Counted from the first letter of the stretch, positions 32,399 to 43,657 are shown. The stretch: 64,000 nucleotides of DNA from Candidatus Bathyarchaeota archaeon (GCA_963767735.1 CAVYES010000006.1:256001-320000); one strand, 5' to 3'. Notes: generated by a model not told the origin, from the letters alone. Numbers and translations: made by a program.

Positions 32399-32593
32399 TT
32401 ACTTTGGGATTTCTGCGTTTTCGCATAGGCCGTAAGTTACACAAACCATGCCGACAAAAAAAAGCAGAGTCAACGGCAAATCCACGGTTCCCGGTCTCAA
32501 GACAAAAAAGGTCCAAGTGAAGCCAATTAGAGCAAACCCAATTAAGCAAATCTTTTGACCAAAGGTAAACATAGCGACACCACTACGATACAT
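32399..32593 (-). CDS. Small 2-TM hypothetical protein
   Basis: 64 aa with two hydrophobic segments. Confidence 0.45.
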   Translation of the reverse strand: MYRSGVAMFTFGQKICLIGFALIGFTWTFFVLRPGTVDLPLTLLFFVGMVCVTYGLCENAEIPK

Positions 32594-32742
32594 TGTGTGG
32601 CTACTTTAAAAATTTAATTCTTGTTTACGCTGGCATTTTAAATTGCGGAGCACGAAACGATTAAACAAGTGCGTATCAAACCGTTTGCACAAATTAGTTT
32701 ATGCAACTTTTTCCACTCCTATCTAAGCAAGAGAGTGAGTTA

Positions 32743-32880
32743 ATGAGTCAAGTGATTAAGCGCCGAAGCACTCCTGAAACCAAAGCTGGACAATACATGT
32801 GTCCCGAGTGTGGTCAAATATTTGATTCCAAAAGAGAAGTCGACAGCCACCTCGATATTAGGCATGAACCCCATCTTTGA
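32743..32880 (+). CDS. 45-aa single C2H2 zinc-finger protein (absent from ORF track)
   Basis: MSQVIKRRSTPETKAGQYMCPECGQIFDSKREVDSHLDIRHEPHL matches Y-x-CxxC-x3-F-x8-H-x4-H. Confidence 0.75.
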   Translation: MSQVIKRRSTPETKAGQYMCPECGQIFDSKREVDSHLDIRHEPHL

Positions 32881-33036
32881 TCGTTGCATGGAAACTTTCA
32901 GGATTAAATCCGATTCAACGTTTTTCAGCCTGTACGCATGTTATTTTGATCCATATAATCTAAAGGTAAATTGTCAGTTTTGAGTAAGTAAAGATTTTAG
33001 TCTCCCTGCACCATAAGAGGCTAAGGTCAAACGGGG

Positions 33037-35761
33037 ATGGCGCGAACACTCTTAGACTATTGCACCAGCGAAGAAACTAAACTTCAGCCTAAAAAAGAAC
33101 CAAAAGCGGAAGCTCCACCCTCCCAAGCGGAAAAAAATAAAGAAATAAAACATGAAGAACCAAAACAACTGAAAAAGAAAAGACCACTCGCCTTTCCTCC
33201 AGTGGCGCCTGAAAACCTTCCCGGTTCCTATTTTGTTTCAGCATCCTACGATGGGCGCCAAAGAAAAGCAGTTATCAAGCTTTATGAGCCGGAATCAGAG
33301 CAAATTTATTTTTGGTATGATAATACAGGTCACAAACCTTACTGCTTAACCAACTTGGCGTTAGATAAATTAAAAAAATTCGATAGGATAACAAACCATG
33401 AAGGTTTTTATTGTTTTGAAAAACTAAAAAAGTTTGACCCCTTGGAAAATAGAGATGTTGACTTAATCAAAATTGTGACAAAAGACCCGTTAGCAATCGG
33501 CGGAAGACCTACTGGCACAATAAGAGACATAATTCCTGAAGATTATCCAAGCGTGTGCGGATGCAAAATACAGGATAGCGATACTAAAGTTTGGGAGTCA
33601 AAAATAAAGTATTATCAATCATACGTTTACGACCGCCAGCTTTTGCCCGGCATGATCTACGAGGTTAAAAGCGGCAACCTTGTTCCTACAGTTCTTGAGG
33701 AAGCCACAGAAAACCTAAACCAAATAAAAACGCTCTTCAAAGACTGCACGGACGAAGAACGTGAATACGCAGAAATGTGGGCAAAACTTCTCGAGTACCC
33801 AGCCCCAAAATTCCGCAGAGCCGCCATCGACATAGAGGTTTATTCACCGTTATCAACAAGAATGCCTGACGCTCGAGAAGGCGCATGTCCAGTAATCGCC
33901 GTGTCGGTTTATAGTTCCGACGGCGAAAAACGGGTCCTGGTTCTTAAGCGCGAAGGCATGCGGGAAGGCAACCATCACTTGGCTGCGGACATAAAAGTGG
34001 AGTTTTGCGAGACAGAGGAAGAGCTGCTGAGAAAAACATTCGATGTTCTGCTGGATTACCCGTTTATTTTAACTTTCAACGGCGACGACTTCGACCTCCG
34101 TTACCTTACCCATAGAGCTATGAACTTGGGCTTTAGAAGAAGCGAGATTCCGATAGAGGTTGGCAAACGGGTCTGCTTGCTGAAATACGGGGTCCACATT
34201 GATCTCTACAAGTTCTTCTTCAACCGGTCAGTGCAAATTTACGCCTACGGCGGTCGCTACAAAGACGTAAGCTTAGATGATGTTGGCAACGCTCTCATAG
34301 GCGTTGAAAAAATCCATTTAGAAAAAGCCTTCGGAGACTTAACATACTCTGAACTTGCCGCTTACTGCCTGCGAGACTCAGAAATCACCTATAAACTAAC
34401 CAGTTTTGACAACGATTCAGCAATGAAATTAATCACTTGTTCTAGCGCGAATCGCCAGCATGCCCATGGAAGACGTTAGCCGGCAAGGCGTAAGCCGCTG
34501 GATACGCAACTTCATGCATAGAGAACATCGAAGAAAGAACATGCTTATCCCAAATGCTGAGGACATTTTAACCAAGAAAGGCAAAACTTCCAGCACAGCC
34601 ACAATAAAAGGGAAAAAATACAAAGGCGCAATAGTTGTTGAACCCACGCCCGGCGTTCACTTTAACGTTTCAGTCATGGACTTTCCAAGCCTATACCCCT
34701 CAATAATCAAAGTATGGAACCTAGGCTACCAATCAATTGATTGCCAACATAACGAATGCAAATGCCGCATGATACCGGACACCCCACATTGGGTTTGCAG
34801 CGAAAAACGGGCACTAGAAAGCTTGCTGATTGGTTCACTTCGGGATTTACGTGTTAAGTGGTATAAGCAGAGGGCAAAAGACAAATCTTTGCCGCCTGAG
34901 CTTAGAAGCTGGTATAATACGACTCAGGGCGCGCTTAAAGTAATTTTAAACGCTAGTTACGGCGTCTTTGGAGCTGATAGCTTCGATTTGTATTGTCCGC
35001 CAGTAGCAGAAGCAACAGCAGCCATCGGCAGATACTCCATTACCCAAATACTCAAACATGCAGAATCGGTTGGCATTCAGGTTCTCTACGGCGACACAGA
35101 CAGCTTATTTTTGAAAAACCCCTCTAAAGAACAAATCGAAGAAGTAGTTCACTACACAGAGCATGAATTAAACATGGGTATAGACGTAGACAAAGTTTAC
35201 AGGTACGCTGTATTTAGTTCGCGCAAAAAGAACTATCTGGGCGTTTTGGAAGACGGCACCGTGGATGTTAAGGGTTTGACAGGCAAGAAAAAACACATTC
35301 CCATCTTTATCAAAGATGCTTTTAACAAAATGAAAGAGGCACTTGCCCGAGTCAAGACTCCAGCGGATTTCGAGAAAGCCAGAAAAGAAATTGCCGAAAT
35401 AATCCGTGAACGCTACACAAAGCTAAAACGGAGAGAATGGGCTGACATTAATGAACTTGCGTTCAATGTGGCTTTAGGCGATGAACTTTCAAGTTATACT
35501 AAAACTACGCCTCAGCATGTTAAAGCCGCGAGAATTCTGCAGGAAAGCGGAAAGGAGCTAAGAGCGGGCGATTTGATTAGTTTTGTTAAAGTTATAAGGG
35601 AGCCGCATGTGAAACCTGTTGAGCTAACTTCGAGAAACGAGGTTGACGTTGACAAGTACGTTGCCTATTTGCATTCTACTTTTGACCAGGTTTTGGATGC
35701 TTTAGGGTTAAGTTTTGACGAAATTATCGGCTTAACAAAACTTGAAAGGTTCCTTGCTTAA
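33037..35761 (+). CDS. polB1: Family B DNA polymerase PolB1 (1-nt frameshift near 34436)
   Basis: Exonuclease motifs DIEV, FNGDDFD and YCLRD; polymerase motifs DFPSLYPS, KVILNASYG and YGDTDS; WYDNTGHKPY N-terminus typical of PolB1. Confidence 0.93.
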
Positions 35762-36651
35762 TTATAATATTTGAATAAGTATGCCAATTAGCGTGAAAAC
35801 TCCAACAATCAAAGCTATTATTCTAACAACTTGTTTCTCAGTTAATGGTCGATGGTAAGTTATCAATGTAATTAGGCTTCTTCTATGGTCAGATGAAAGC
35901 TTTTTTCCATCAAACGAAACGCTGGCTTTTTTGCGTGTAAAGTACACCGTTAACAGTATTAGTGCAGAGTTGAAAATGTAGGGGAGAATTGAAACTAGCA
36001 GGCTTAATTTTAAGTCAGAAATCACGGCGAATGACGCTATCGTTATTCCTATGGCGAAGGAGCCTGAATTTCCCACGAAAACTTTGCCGTTAAAGTTGAA
36101 GTAGGCTAAAATTAGCCAGAATATCAAGGGTCCAACCATCAGAATGTATGATGGTGAAACAGCCATTAAACCTAGGATAACTATAGCTGGGCATATCGTT
36201 TCTAGTCCATTCAATCCGCCCAGCTGGTTTACAGTATTAGTAACAATCATAACTATCAATGGAATAATTACGTAGAAGTATACTGCGCCGAGATGTATTG
36301 TTCCCACAAATGGTATAGAGATTGTTGTTCTGGTTGACGGGTTATTAAGTGCGTAATAGATTAGCGGTAACGCGGCGATTAAGGGCATGAATGCTTTGTA
36401 ACGCCACTTCAAATCTATCCAGTCATCAAGCAAGCCCATGAATCCGCCGAAAAGAATGCACACAGCTAAGAGTGAATGGTGCTGAAACGTTAGCTGGACC
36501 TCCAGCTATTTTTAGAAAGTAGAGAAGAAAAAGGTAAACGGTGGTGAATAGGACGTATAGTACGCCTAAACCGTTTGCGATTAAGGGTTGCCCAACTTTA
36601 TGCTGATCTGGAACCTTTGGAAACACTGGTGGCTTCCCTGCTGTTTTGCAT
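35762..36651 (-). CDS. aglH: UDP-GlcNAc:dolichol-phosphate GlcNAc-1-phosphotransferase (AglH/GPT, MraY family), frameshifted
   Basis: GLLDDWIDL, NTVNQLGGLNGLE and KVFVGNSGS; N-terminus (PDQHK) in ORF 36426-36626; directly downstream of aglB. Confidence 0.8.
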
Positions 36652-36653
36652 GT

Positions 36654-38975
36654 TTAGCCTGTGCCTGTTGTGCCAGTTGCGTTGTAGTATGCTGGGTAGT
36701 TGATTTTGTATATGGCTACCAACGGTACTAATCCTTCGTATGCGAATGGCGACGTAGTTCCGCCTGCTAACTCTACTAATGAGAAGTATGTTGGCTTTGA
36801 AGTTGTGGTATTTGGCGGTGTAATGGTTACTCCTGCAGACGTCCAGTAGCTGCAGTATTGGTTCCATGCACTGTTCATCAATTCGTTTATTGTGCAGTTT
36901 TCTCCTTGGTCGTTCCACACAAACTGCCCAGTAGTGTTGCTAACGGCGCCGAAGCTTGATTGGTCCTTCCATACCGTTGATGTTGTTGCACTCATATAGT
37001 CGGTCTTATCAACCCCATGTGTTAAATACCATTGCTCTGCTGTTCCTGAAATGCTTGCCATCCACTCCCATTTTCCTTCATCTCCATATCCGGAAGGACT
37101 TGCAGTGTACCCTGTGCCGCTGCTTGACTGTTGGATTTGGAGGACGGTGAAGACGAGGATGTAGTTGGCTCGTCCAGGATTGTTATAGTTTTCATAGTTA
37201 TTCAGCATCTGCATTGACTGGTTTTCATTGCCCATCATTATGAAGCCTACGTTTTCGATTTGAGTAGTATTATACGTAGTATTATCGCACAGAGTTGTTA
37301 CGTTTGCAATATCGCTTAACCAGTCGCCGTAGTCCCACCAAGCAACTACCACAGTTATTCGCAGGAACAGTTGCGTTTTCAGCCAACTCAATGCGTCAGT
37401 CCATGCACTTACCGGTGAAGTAAGGCCTGCGCCGCCTACTGGCAGGCTTGATGCGCTAATTGCAGTCGGCACGAAAGATGAGTCGATAGACCTTGGGATT
37501 CCGCCAGTTTGCGGTGAGAAAGCCACCTCTGTTAGCAGAATAAGGAATATCAGAAAGATTGCGACGCCGCTGTATTCTTTGCTTACTCGTGCCATTCTAC
37601 GCTTTGTTTTTGCCAGAGTATGTGGCGCTTCCTTCAGTAAAGTGTAAAACGGTTGTATTAGACCCAGAATACCGATTCCTGCTATGATGCAGAAGGCCAC
37701 GTCAAAGATTGCCAGTAAGCGAATCATTGAAGCGGCAAAGAAAAGCGAAGTTACAGCGAAAACTATTAGGAAAATGTTTCTGTTTGTTGGATTTTTTAAT
37801 ATAAAGTATAAGCCGATGAGGAAGAATAGGAGACCTATGCCAAGTTCAATGTAAATGTTTCCCCAAGCTGTAAGTTGCTGTTCGGCCACTGAATTGATAA
37901 TAGGTGAAGTTGCTCGGATAAATGGATCTAAAACTGTGCTGAATTTTCCTTCAAGACCACTGCCAGAAATGAATCCAGTTACATATAATGTAGAAAAACC
38001 GCCGACAATTACAACCAGCGAGGTAATAACTAGAAGTAGCTTGCTTCTCAAAGTTATATTGTTTCGTAAAAGTTCTGCAATGAGAAGTACAACGAATCCT
38101 CCAGCGACTGGAATCACTGCACCTGACGTTAAGTAACTAAATCCCAGATAGGGAATTATAGCTGCTATATATAATGCTAAACCAAAAGTTATGCTGTAGC
38201 TAAGCAGAAGCCGTTGATTATACCTCTTCAATAGAATCATAACAAAAACGAATAGTACGGTCATGTCAATCATGTAGTATGCTCCGCCCCAACCTGATAT
38301 GAAATAGGCTAAGGCGCCAGCAGCGGTTAACGAGTACAATATGGATGCACGTAATGACCTATTGTTGTCAATAGACCTTAGGAATAAGAATACAAATAAT
38401 ACAAGACCAATGGTACCTGGGACTTCGGTGTCATAGAATCCAAGAGACGTCCTTTCGATGATTGACGGGGCTAACGCCAAGAATAGCGCAGATAATAAAC
38501 CAACGGTTCTTCCACCAATGTCCTTGCCTAAGAAATACATTATCAAAACTGTTAACACACCAACTACGGGCGGTATCATTGCGCAAAGCGTAATTAAATT
38601 AACGTTTGCGCCTAACGCTGCGATGACGTCGTAGACTGCTGCACCCGTTATAGGTATACCTGGCAATAAAGTAGCAGCCATGTTAAGTCCGAAAGGATAC
38701 CACAATTGATGGTTGACCCAATGTGTTGTCCAAGGTGAAAGCAAACCGTGATTTACCATGTATTGCGTTATGCTGAATTGATAGTAGGGGTCAAACTCGT
38801 TAAGAGTTGATGTTCCTGTAGGGAGATTTTCCCAGCGTAACGGTAAAATGCGGATAATAAATGAGACAAACAGTATTAGAGCTAACGCAGAGTATGCTAT
38901 TATTTGTCCGTGACTCAGTTCGATGCGTAACGGTGACAGTCTTTTACTAAGTCGATCTTTAATTCCTTCCCCCAC
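36654..38975 (-). CDS. aglB: Oligosaccharyltransferase AglB/STT3
   Basis: EFDPYY, GFYDTE, SVAE, WWDYG and DEGK..WM; multiple TM helices. Confidence 0.95.
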   Translation of the reverse strand: MGEGIKDRLSKRLSPLRIELSHGQIIAYSALALILFVSFIIRILPLRWENLPTGTSTLNEFDPYYQFSITQYMVNHGLLSPWTTHWVNHQLWYPFGLNMAATLLPGIPITGAAVYDVIAALGANVNLITLCAMIPPVVGVLTVLIMYFLGKDIGGRTVGLLSALFLALAPSIIERTSLGFYDTEVPGTIGLVLFVFLFLRSIDNNRSLRASILYSLTAAGALAYFISGWGGAYYMIDMTVLFVFVMILLKRYNQRLLLSYSITFGLALYIAAIIPYLGFSYLTSGAVIPVAGGFVVLLIAELLRNNITLRSKLLLVITSLVVIVGGFSTLYVTGFISGSGLEGKFSTVLDPFIRATSPIINSVAEQQLTAWGNIYIELGIGLLFFLIGLYFILKNPTNRNIFLIVFAVTSLFFAASMIRLLAIFDVAFCIIAGIGILGLIQPFYTLLKEAPHTLAKTKRRMARVSKEYSGVAIFLIFLILLTEVAFSPQTGGIPRSIDSSFVPTAISASSLPVGGAGLTSPVSAWTDALSWLKTQLFLRITVVVAWWDYGDWLSDIANVTTLCDNTTYNTTQIENVGFIMMGNENQSMQMLNNYENYNNPGRANYILVFTVLQIQQSSSGTGYTASPSGYGDEGKWEWMASISGTAEQWYLTHGVDKTDYMSATTSTVWKDQSSFGAVSNTTGQFVWNDQGENCTINELMNSAWNQYCSYWTSAGVTITPPNTTTSKPTYFSLVELAGGTTSPFAYEGLVPLVAIYKINYPAYYNATGTTGTG

Positions 38976-39095
38976 TTAAGCCATCTCTCCATACATTAAA
39001 TGTGATTTCTTGTTTAATTCTTAGTTTATACACATTGGAGGTTTATTTATGGCTTTCCAAAATGAACTAATATAGATTAGTTGGTAATGTAGTTT

Positions 39096-39115
39096 GATTA
39101 TATTGCAATATAATC
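39096..39115. promoter_or_regulatory. Perfect 20-bp palindrome, putative operator
   Basis: GATTATATTGCAATATAATC, about 120 bp upstream of aglB. Confidence 0.45.
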
Positions 39116-39355
39116 CAATAGCTAAACTATATAGTCTTTTTTTAAAAACGGAACCTTGAATTCCATGCTAAAAAGGGGAAAAATTTTCGCCAGAAACCCA
39201 TAAAGGTCAATAAACGTTAACCATATTTTTCTTCGCTAGAAACATTGTTTTTACAGGCGTTGCATAAACTTTGTGGTGACTCGCCATTTTGGTTTGGTGG
39301 CTTTTTTTAGTGCTCTTCTGGTAGGTTTAATCGAAGCTTCGGTGAATGTACTATT

Positions 39356-39529
39356 CTATCGACGCTTAGGTATGGGTTTAACTTCAACGTCTATAGGTAA
39401 CAAAGAAAGTTTCCTATCACACTTTGGGCATTTTCCACCATTTTGCGAAATTATTTCGTCTGGCGCTTTTAGCTCGCTGCCTTCATATAAAACATGATTG
39501 CATCCATGGCAAATTACTCGTTGCGGCAT
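39356..39529 (-). CDS. 57-aa zinc-ribbon protein (absent from ORF track)
   Basis: MPQRVICHGCNHVLYEGSELKAPDEIISQNGGKCPKCDRKLSLLPIDVEVKPIPKRR has two CxxC. Confidence 0.8.
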   Translation of the reverse strand: MPQRVICHGCNHVLYEGSELKAPDEIISQNGGKCPKCDRKLSLLPIDVEVKPIPKRR

Positions 39530-39677
39530 CCCAAATCCCTCGATAATAACATGCCGATGGCGTATTTATTGGTTGCTAAAAAAATAGCCTTTAGCTTGGA
39601 CTGTGCTTGTCAAGTGACTGCAAAGTTTATTTTAAGAGGGACTATTTGGAATGTTGAAGCATGTGGTTTAATAGCCT

Positions 39678-41753
39678 TTGGAAAAATACACGTTAATTGT
39701 TACTGAAAAACCTGATGCGGCAAACAGAATAGCTATGGCTTTGGATGCTAATGGGAACGCCAAAAAAATATTTGATGGCGGCATTCCATATTATCAAGCA
39801 TACAGAAACGGCAATTTAGTTGTTGTTCCAGCACTTGGGCATCTGTACACTGTTGCAAGCAACGAAAAAGCTAAACGGGATTATCCGGTTTTCGATTATC
39901 ACTGGGTTCCAAGATATCTGGCTGAACGAGGCGCATCAAAGATCCGTGTTTGGCTAAATGTAATAGCTAAACTAGCAGAAAACGCGGAAGAGTTTGTGGA
40001 TGCTTGCGACTTTGACGTTGAAGGCAGCATCATAGGCTACTGCATACTCAAGTACGCATGCGGTAGCAAGGAAAAAACTGCTAAACGCATGAAATACTCC
40101 ACACTTACAAAAGAGGAACTGCAGGAATCTTACGCCCACTTATTGCCACATCTGGATTTCTCTCTTGTTGAAGCTGGATTAACAAGGCATGAAATAGATT
40201 GGCTATACGGCATAAACTTGTCCCGAGCTTTATCAATGGCTGTGAAAAACAGCAGCGGGCAATATGCTACAATCAGCACTGGCAGGGTTCAAGGACCAAC
40301 CCTCAAATTTTTAGACGACCGCGAAAAAACCATAAAGTGCTTCGTGCCAGTTCCCTACTGGAGCATAACGGCTAAGATAATCATAAATGGCATAGTATAC
40401 GAAGCAGAATACGAAAAAATTCTCGATAGCAAGCAAGAAGCAACAGCGGTAATAGATGCCTGCAAAACCAAAGAAGGCCAAATAGAAACAATAATTGTAA
40501 AAGAGTTTGAGCAGAAGCCACCAGTACCATTTGATTTAGGCGCTTTGCAAAGTGAAGCCTACAGAAATTTCCATTTCACGCCGATGCGCACTTCAAACAT
40601 AGCTCAGCACCTTTACTTAGATGCTTTAATCTCTTATCCGAGAACAAGCAGCCAAAAGCTTCCGCCATCAATCGGCTACGAAGCCATATTAAGAAAACTA
40701 GCTAAACTGCCTGCTTACGGGAAACTGGCTGTTGACCTGCTCTCTAAACCAGTTTTGAAGCCAAATGAAGGAGAAAAAACCGACTCGGCTCATCCAGCCA
40801 TTTACCCCACTGGAAACCTCCTCGAAAAACCGCTTGGCGTCGCTGAAGGAAATCTTTTCGATCTTATCATACGCAGGTTCTTGGCTGTTTTCGGTGAACC
40901 TGCCATTCGCCAAAGCACCAAAGCTACGATTATCATCGGCGGAAATCTTTTTTATTTGAACGGAATGCGAACGTTAAGTGATGGGTGGCTTCGATTCTAC
41001 AAACCATATGTTCAACACCAAGATGTCACTTTGCCCTCCTTAACTCAAGGACAAAAAATCGCTGTTAAACGAGTAGTTGTAAAAAACAATTTTACTAAAC
41101 CACCAGCAAGATACAACCCTCGCAGTTTACTTTTAAAAATGGAAAAAGAGGATATAGGCACCAAAGCAACGAGGGCCGCAATCATACAAACATTGTACGA
41201 CCGAAAATATCTCAATGGAACCGATAGTCTTGCCGTTTCTGATCTTGGCTTTGAAGTCGTGGAAATCCTTGTTAAGTATTGTCCAACGGTTGTTTCACCT
41301 GAATTAACTAGAAAGCTTGAGGAGAAGATGAATGAAATCCAGCAAGGAAAAGAAACAAAAGAAGCTGTATTGCAAAACGCCGTTGAAATCTTAAAGCCAG
41401 TCCTACTGGAGCTCAAAGAAAAAGAATCCGTTATAGGCGAACAATTAAGTCAAGCGTTGAAAAAGGCTCGGCTTGAAGAGAGAACAGTTGGCGCATGCAC
41501 GAAATGTGGTGACGGAAAACTAGTTATTTTGCGCTCAAAAAAAACTGGTAAACGTTTTGTTGGCTGTACAAACTATTTCGAAGGTAAATGTAACGTAACT
41601 TTTCCGCTCCCCCAAAAGGGAACTATAAAACCCTTAAACGCAACTTGCAAAAGCTGCGGGTGCCCAGTATTGCGAGTGTACCTGAGAGGGAAGAGGTCTT
41701 GGAAATTATGCCTAAATCCTAATTGTCCCTCAAAAAGAGCTGGCGCCCAGTGA
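39678..41753 (+). CDS. topA: DNA topoisomerase IA
   Basis: TOPRIM TEKP and DFDVEG, STGRVQ, active-site ISYPRT, GTKATR, and C-terminal Zn ribbons. Confidence 0.96.
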   Translation: MEKYTLIVTEKPDAANRIAMALDANGNAKKIFDGGIPYYQAYRNGNLVVVPALGHLYTVASNEKAKRDYPVFDYHWVPRYLAERGASKIRVWLNVIAKLAENAEEFVDACDFDVEGSIIGYCILKYACGSKEKTAKRMKYSTLTKEELQESYAHLLPHLDFSLVEAGLTRHEIDWLYGINLSRALSMAVKNSSGQYATISTGRVQGPTLKFLDDREKTIKCFVPVPYWSITAKIIINGIVYEAEYEKILDSKQEATAVIDACKTKEGQIETIIVKEFEQKPPVPFDLGALQSEAYRNFHFTPMRTSNIAQHLYLDALISYPRTSSQKLPPSIGYEAILRKLAKLPAYGKLAVDLLSKPVLKPNEGEKTDSAHPAIYPTGNLLEKPLGVAEGNLFDLIIRRFLAVFGEPAIRQSTKATIIIGGNLFYLNGMRTLSDGWLRFYKPYVQHQDVTLPSLTQGQKIAVKRVVVKNNFTKPPARYNPRSLLLKMEKEDIGTKATRAAIIQTLYDRKYLNGTDSLAVSDLGFEVVEILVKYCPTVVSPELTRKLEEKMNEIQQGKETKEAVLQNAVEILKPVLLELKEKESVIGEQLSQALKKARLEERTVGACTKCGDGKLVILRSKKTGKRFVGCTNYFEGKCNVTFPLPQKGTIKPLNATCKSCGCPVLRVYLRGKRSWKLCLNPNCPSKRAGAQ

Positions 41754-41927
41754 ACAGTAAAATTTGCATTAGCGGAGCGCAAAAAACGGTTTCTGCTTGT
41801 TGCATTTTTAGCTCGTACCAAAATGTTATTGAATGTTTTGGATTGATTATTTAGTTGTTGCATTCAGAAAAATTCATTAACTGGACATGGGCTAAAGAGG
41901 TAGGAAAACACCTATTCAAGGGAGAGA

Positions 41928-42359
41928 ATGGAAATGTCAAGTAAACTAAAGAAGCAATCATCATCATTGTCCTTTTCGCTGAGTCGATGGTTCCGAAGAG
42001 TTTCAACGACTACTCCTTCAGCACTCGCATTAACCATTGCAGGAATTGTATACAGTGTATTTCTTTTAGGCGGTGGCTTGTATACTCTTATTACCCGTCC
42101 TGCTCCCTCAGCCTACGTTAACGGGGTGTTCTATTTCCTCTATCCAAGTATAAGCTCACAATTCATATCAGACACTATAATTGCAGCAATATTGTACGGT
42201 TTCGGTTTTATCGGTTTGTTCGTGATTTATCAAAGTACCAAGAGCGCTTACAACCCCAGGCAAGCTTACATGATGTTAATCATAGGCGTAGCATTTCTGC
42301 TTCTATCATACATATTCTTGGAAGGCGCGATTTCCTTCAAAACATCAGGCGGAGCTTAA
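41928..42359 (+). CDS. OST3/OST6/OSTC-like membrane protein
   Basis: Three TM helices; GGGLYTLITRPA..FLYP.SISSQFISD resembles the OST3/6/DC2 membrane domain. Confidence 0.6.
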   Translation: MEMSSKLKKQSSSLSFSLSRWFRRVSTTTPSALALTIAGIVYSVFLLGGGLYTLITRPAPSAYVNGVFYFLYPSISSQFISDTIIAAILYGFGFIGLFVIYQSTKSAYNPRQAYMMLIIGVAFLLLSYIFLEGAISFKTSGGA

Positions 42360-42370
42360 CTCTGCCTTTT

Positions 42371-42880
42371 TTACCACGGGTTCCTTTTTAGCTTCATTTT
42401 ATATGCTAAGAAATTTGTGAATAAGTGAATAGGCGGAGTAATCAGCAAAACTGTAACTGCCACTTCCCAATTTATAATCGCTAAAGGAATCGAAAATACG
42501 ACCGCTCCAATAACAAAGTCAACTTGGTCGACAATTGGAAGTAAACCACCAGGCGCAATCCCTATTCTTCTTTTAATAAAAGCCCCTGTTAAATCGCCCA
42601 AAAGTGCACCTAAGGGAATCAAAAGAGCAAATAAAACTGGAAAATTAAAAACGGCGACTTCCATTAACCCGACTGCTATGCCTATTGCTAAGCCAACAAA
42701 GAAGCCCCTGAAAGTTTTGTTGTTGCCGAAAATTCTTTTTCCGTCAAAAAAGTTTTTCCCGAAATCCATCCTTGTGCCTCCTCCAGCAAGCACTGGTGTG
42801 GCGTTGGCGACGTAGGCGGGGAAAATAAATTTTAGTGCTTCAACGATTAGTTGGGTTATTTCCATGTGGTCAACCATCAT
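42371..42880 (-). CDS. carS: CDP-archaeol synthase
   Basis: PAYVANATP, DGKRIFGNNKT, GDLTGAFIKRR and DQVDF. Confidence 0.93.
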   Translation of the reverse strand: MMVDHMEITQLIVEALKFIFPAYVANATPVLAGGGTRMDFGKNFFDGKRIFGNNKTFRGFFVGLAIGIAVGLMEVAVFNFPVLFALLIPLGALLGDLTGAFIKRRIGIAPGGLLPIVDQVDFVIGAVVFSIPLAIINWEVAVTVLLITPPIHLFTNFLAYKMKLKRNPW

Positions 42881-43572
42881 TTTTGGAATTCAGAATCTTT
42901 TATTCCGGTTTCGCCTATTTGTACATAGCAAGTAACTTCTTGCTTGTTTTCTCTTGTTTCAAGAACAGCTTTGATTGTTTGAGGATAATCGGTAGGTTTC
43001 ATAGCGATTATTGTGTCAGCCCAAAATCTTAAAACTCTGTTTGCAACGGGCGCGACACTGACGTTTGGGTCATCAAAAACGCTTCTTACTTGGCTTACAA
43101 TTATAACTGGGATTTTTCGGATTTTTACTGTTTGCGCTAAAATTGCTAATTGCCTGTTCAATTCACGGTTTACGCTGAAGGCTTTGCCAGAGAACTCAGC
43201 AACCCTTGCTCCATACAAAGATGTGAAGGTGTCAATTATTATTAACCCAAAATTTTTCTCTGTATAATCTTGAATACGATCAATAACTGCCGTTTGCTCA
43301 CGGAAATCCTTAGGTTTAATTAAAATAACCTGCTCAGCGACTTGTTCGAATTTATCCCCTGAAAGCTGCGAAAGCCTTTTGGTTGAGAAAGTGTTATCGC
43401 AGTCCACAAAGAGGGTCTTTAAGTTTTGCAGTGCACAGCTAACGGCGCATTGTATGGCAAGTGTTGTTTTTCCAGTTTCAGGTTCACCATAGATTAAAGT
43501 AACGCTTTCGGGTGAAATGCCCCCGCCAATTTTGCTGTCAATGCATCGGCAACCAGTGTAGATCGTAACCAT
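42877..43572 (-). CDS. radB: DNA repair protein RadB
   Basis: Short RecA-fold with GEPETGKT and IIIDT; no RadA N-terminal domain. Confidence 0.85.
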   Translation of the reverse strand: MVTIYTGCRCIDSKIGGGISPESVTLIYGEPETGKTTLAIQCAVSCALQNLKTLFVDCDNTFSTKRLSQLSGDKFEQVAEQVILIKPKDFREQTAVIDRIQDYTEKNFGLIIIDTFTSLYGARVAEFSGKAFSVNRELNRQLAILAQTVKIRKIPVIIVSQVRSVFDDPNVSVAPVANRVLRFWADTIIAMKPTDYPQTIKAVLETRENKQEVTCYVQIGETGIKDSEFQK

Positions 43573-43657
43573 ACTTTACCCTTTTTCGCGTCAAGATTAT
43601 AAACTTGAAACTAGTAAAGTGTTCTGCACTTAAACTTATAATATAAAGGTTGATTTA

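Noticed and set aside
34420-34480. Naturally split PolB1 or programmed frameshift
   Set aside because: Removing one base restores KLILVLARIASMPMED; there is no slippery site, and the same error type occurs in many genes
39000-39260. Possible replication origin (AT-rich, TTCCA..AAAAGGGG)
   Set aside because: Only one weak ORB-like sequence, no repeats and no cdc6/orc1 nearby
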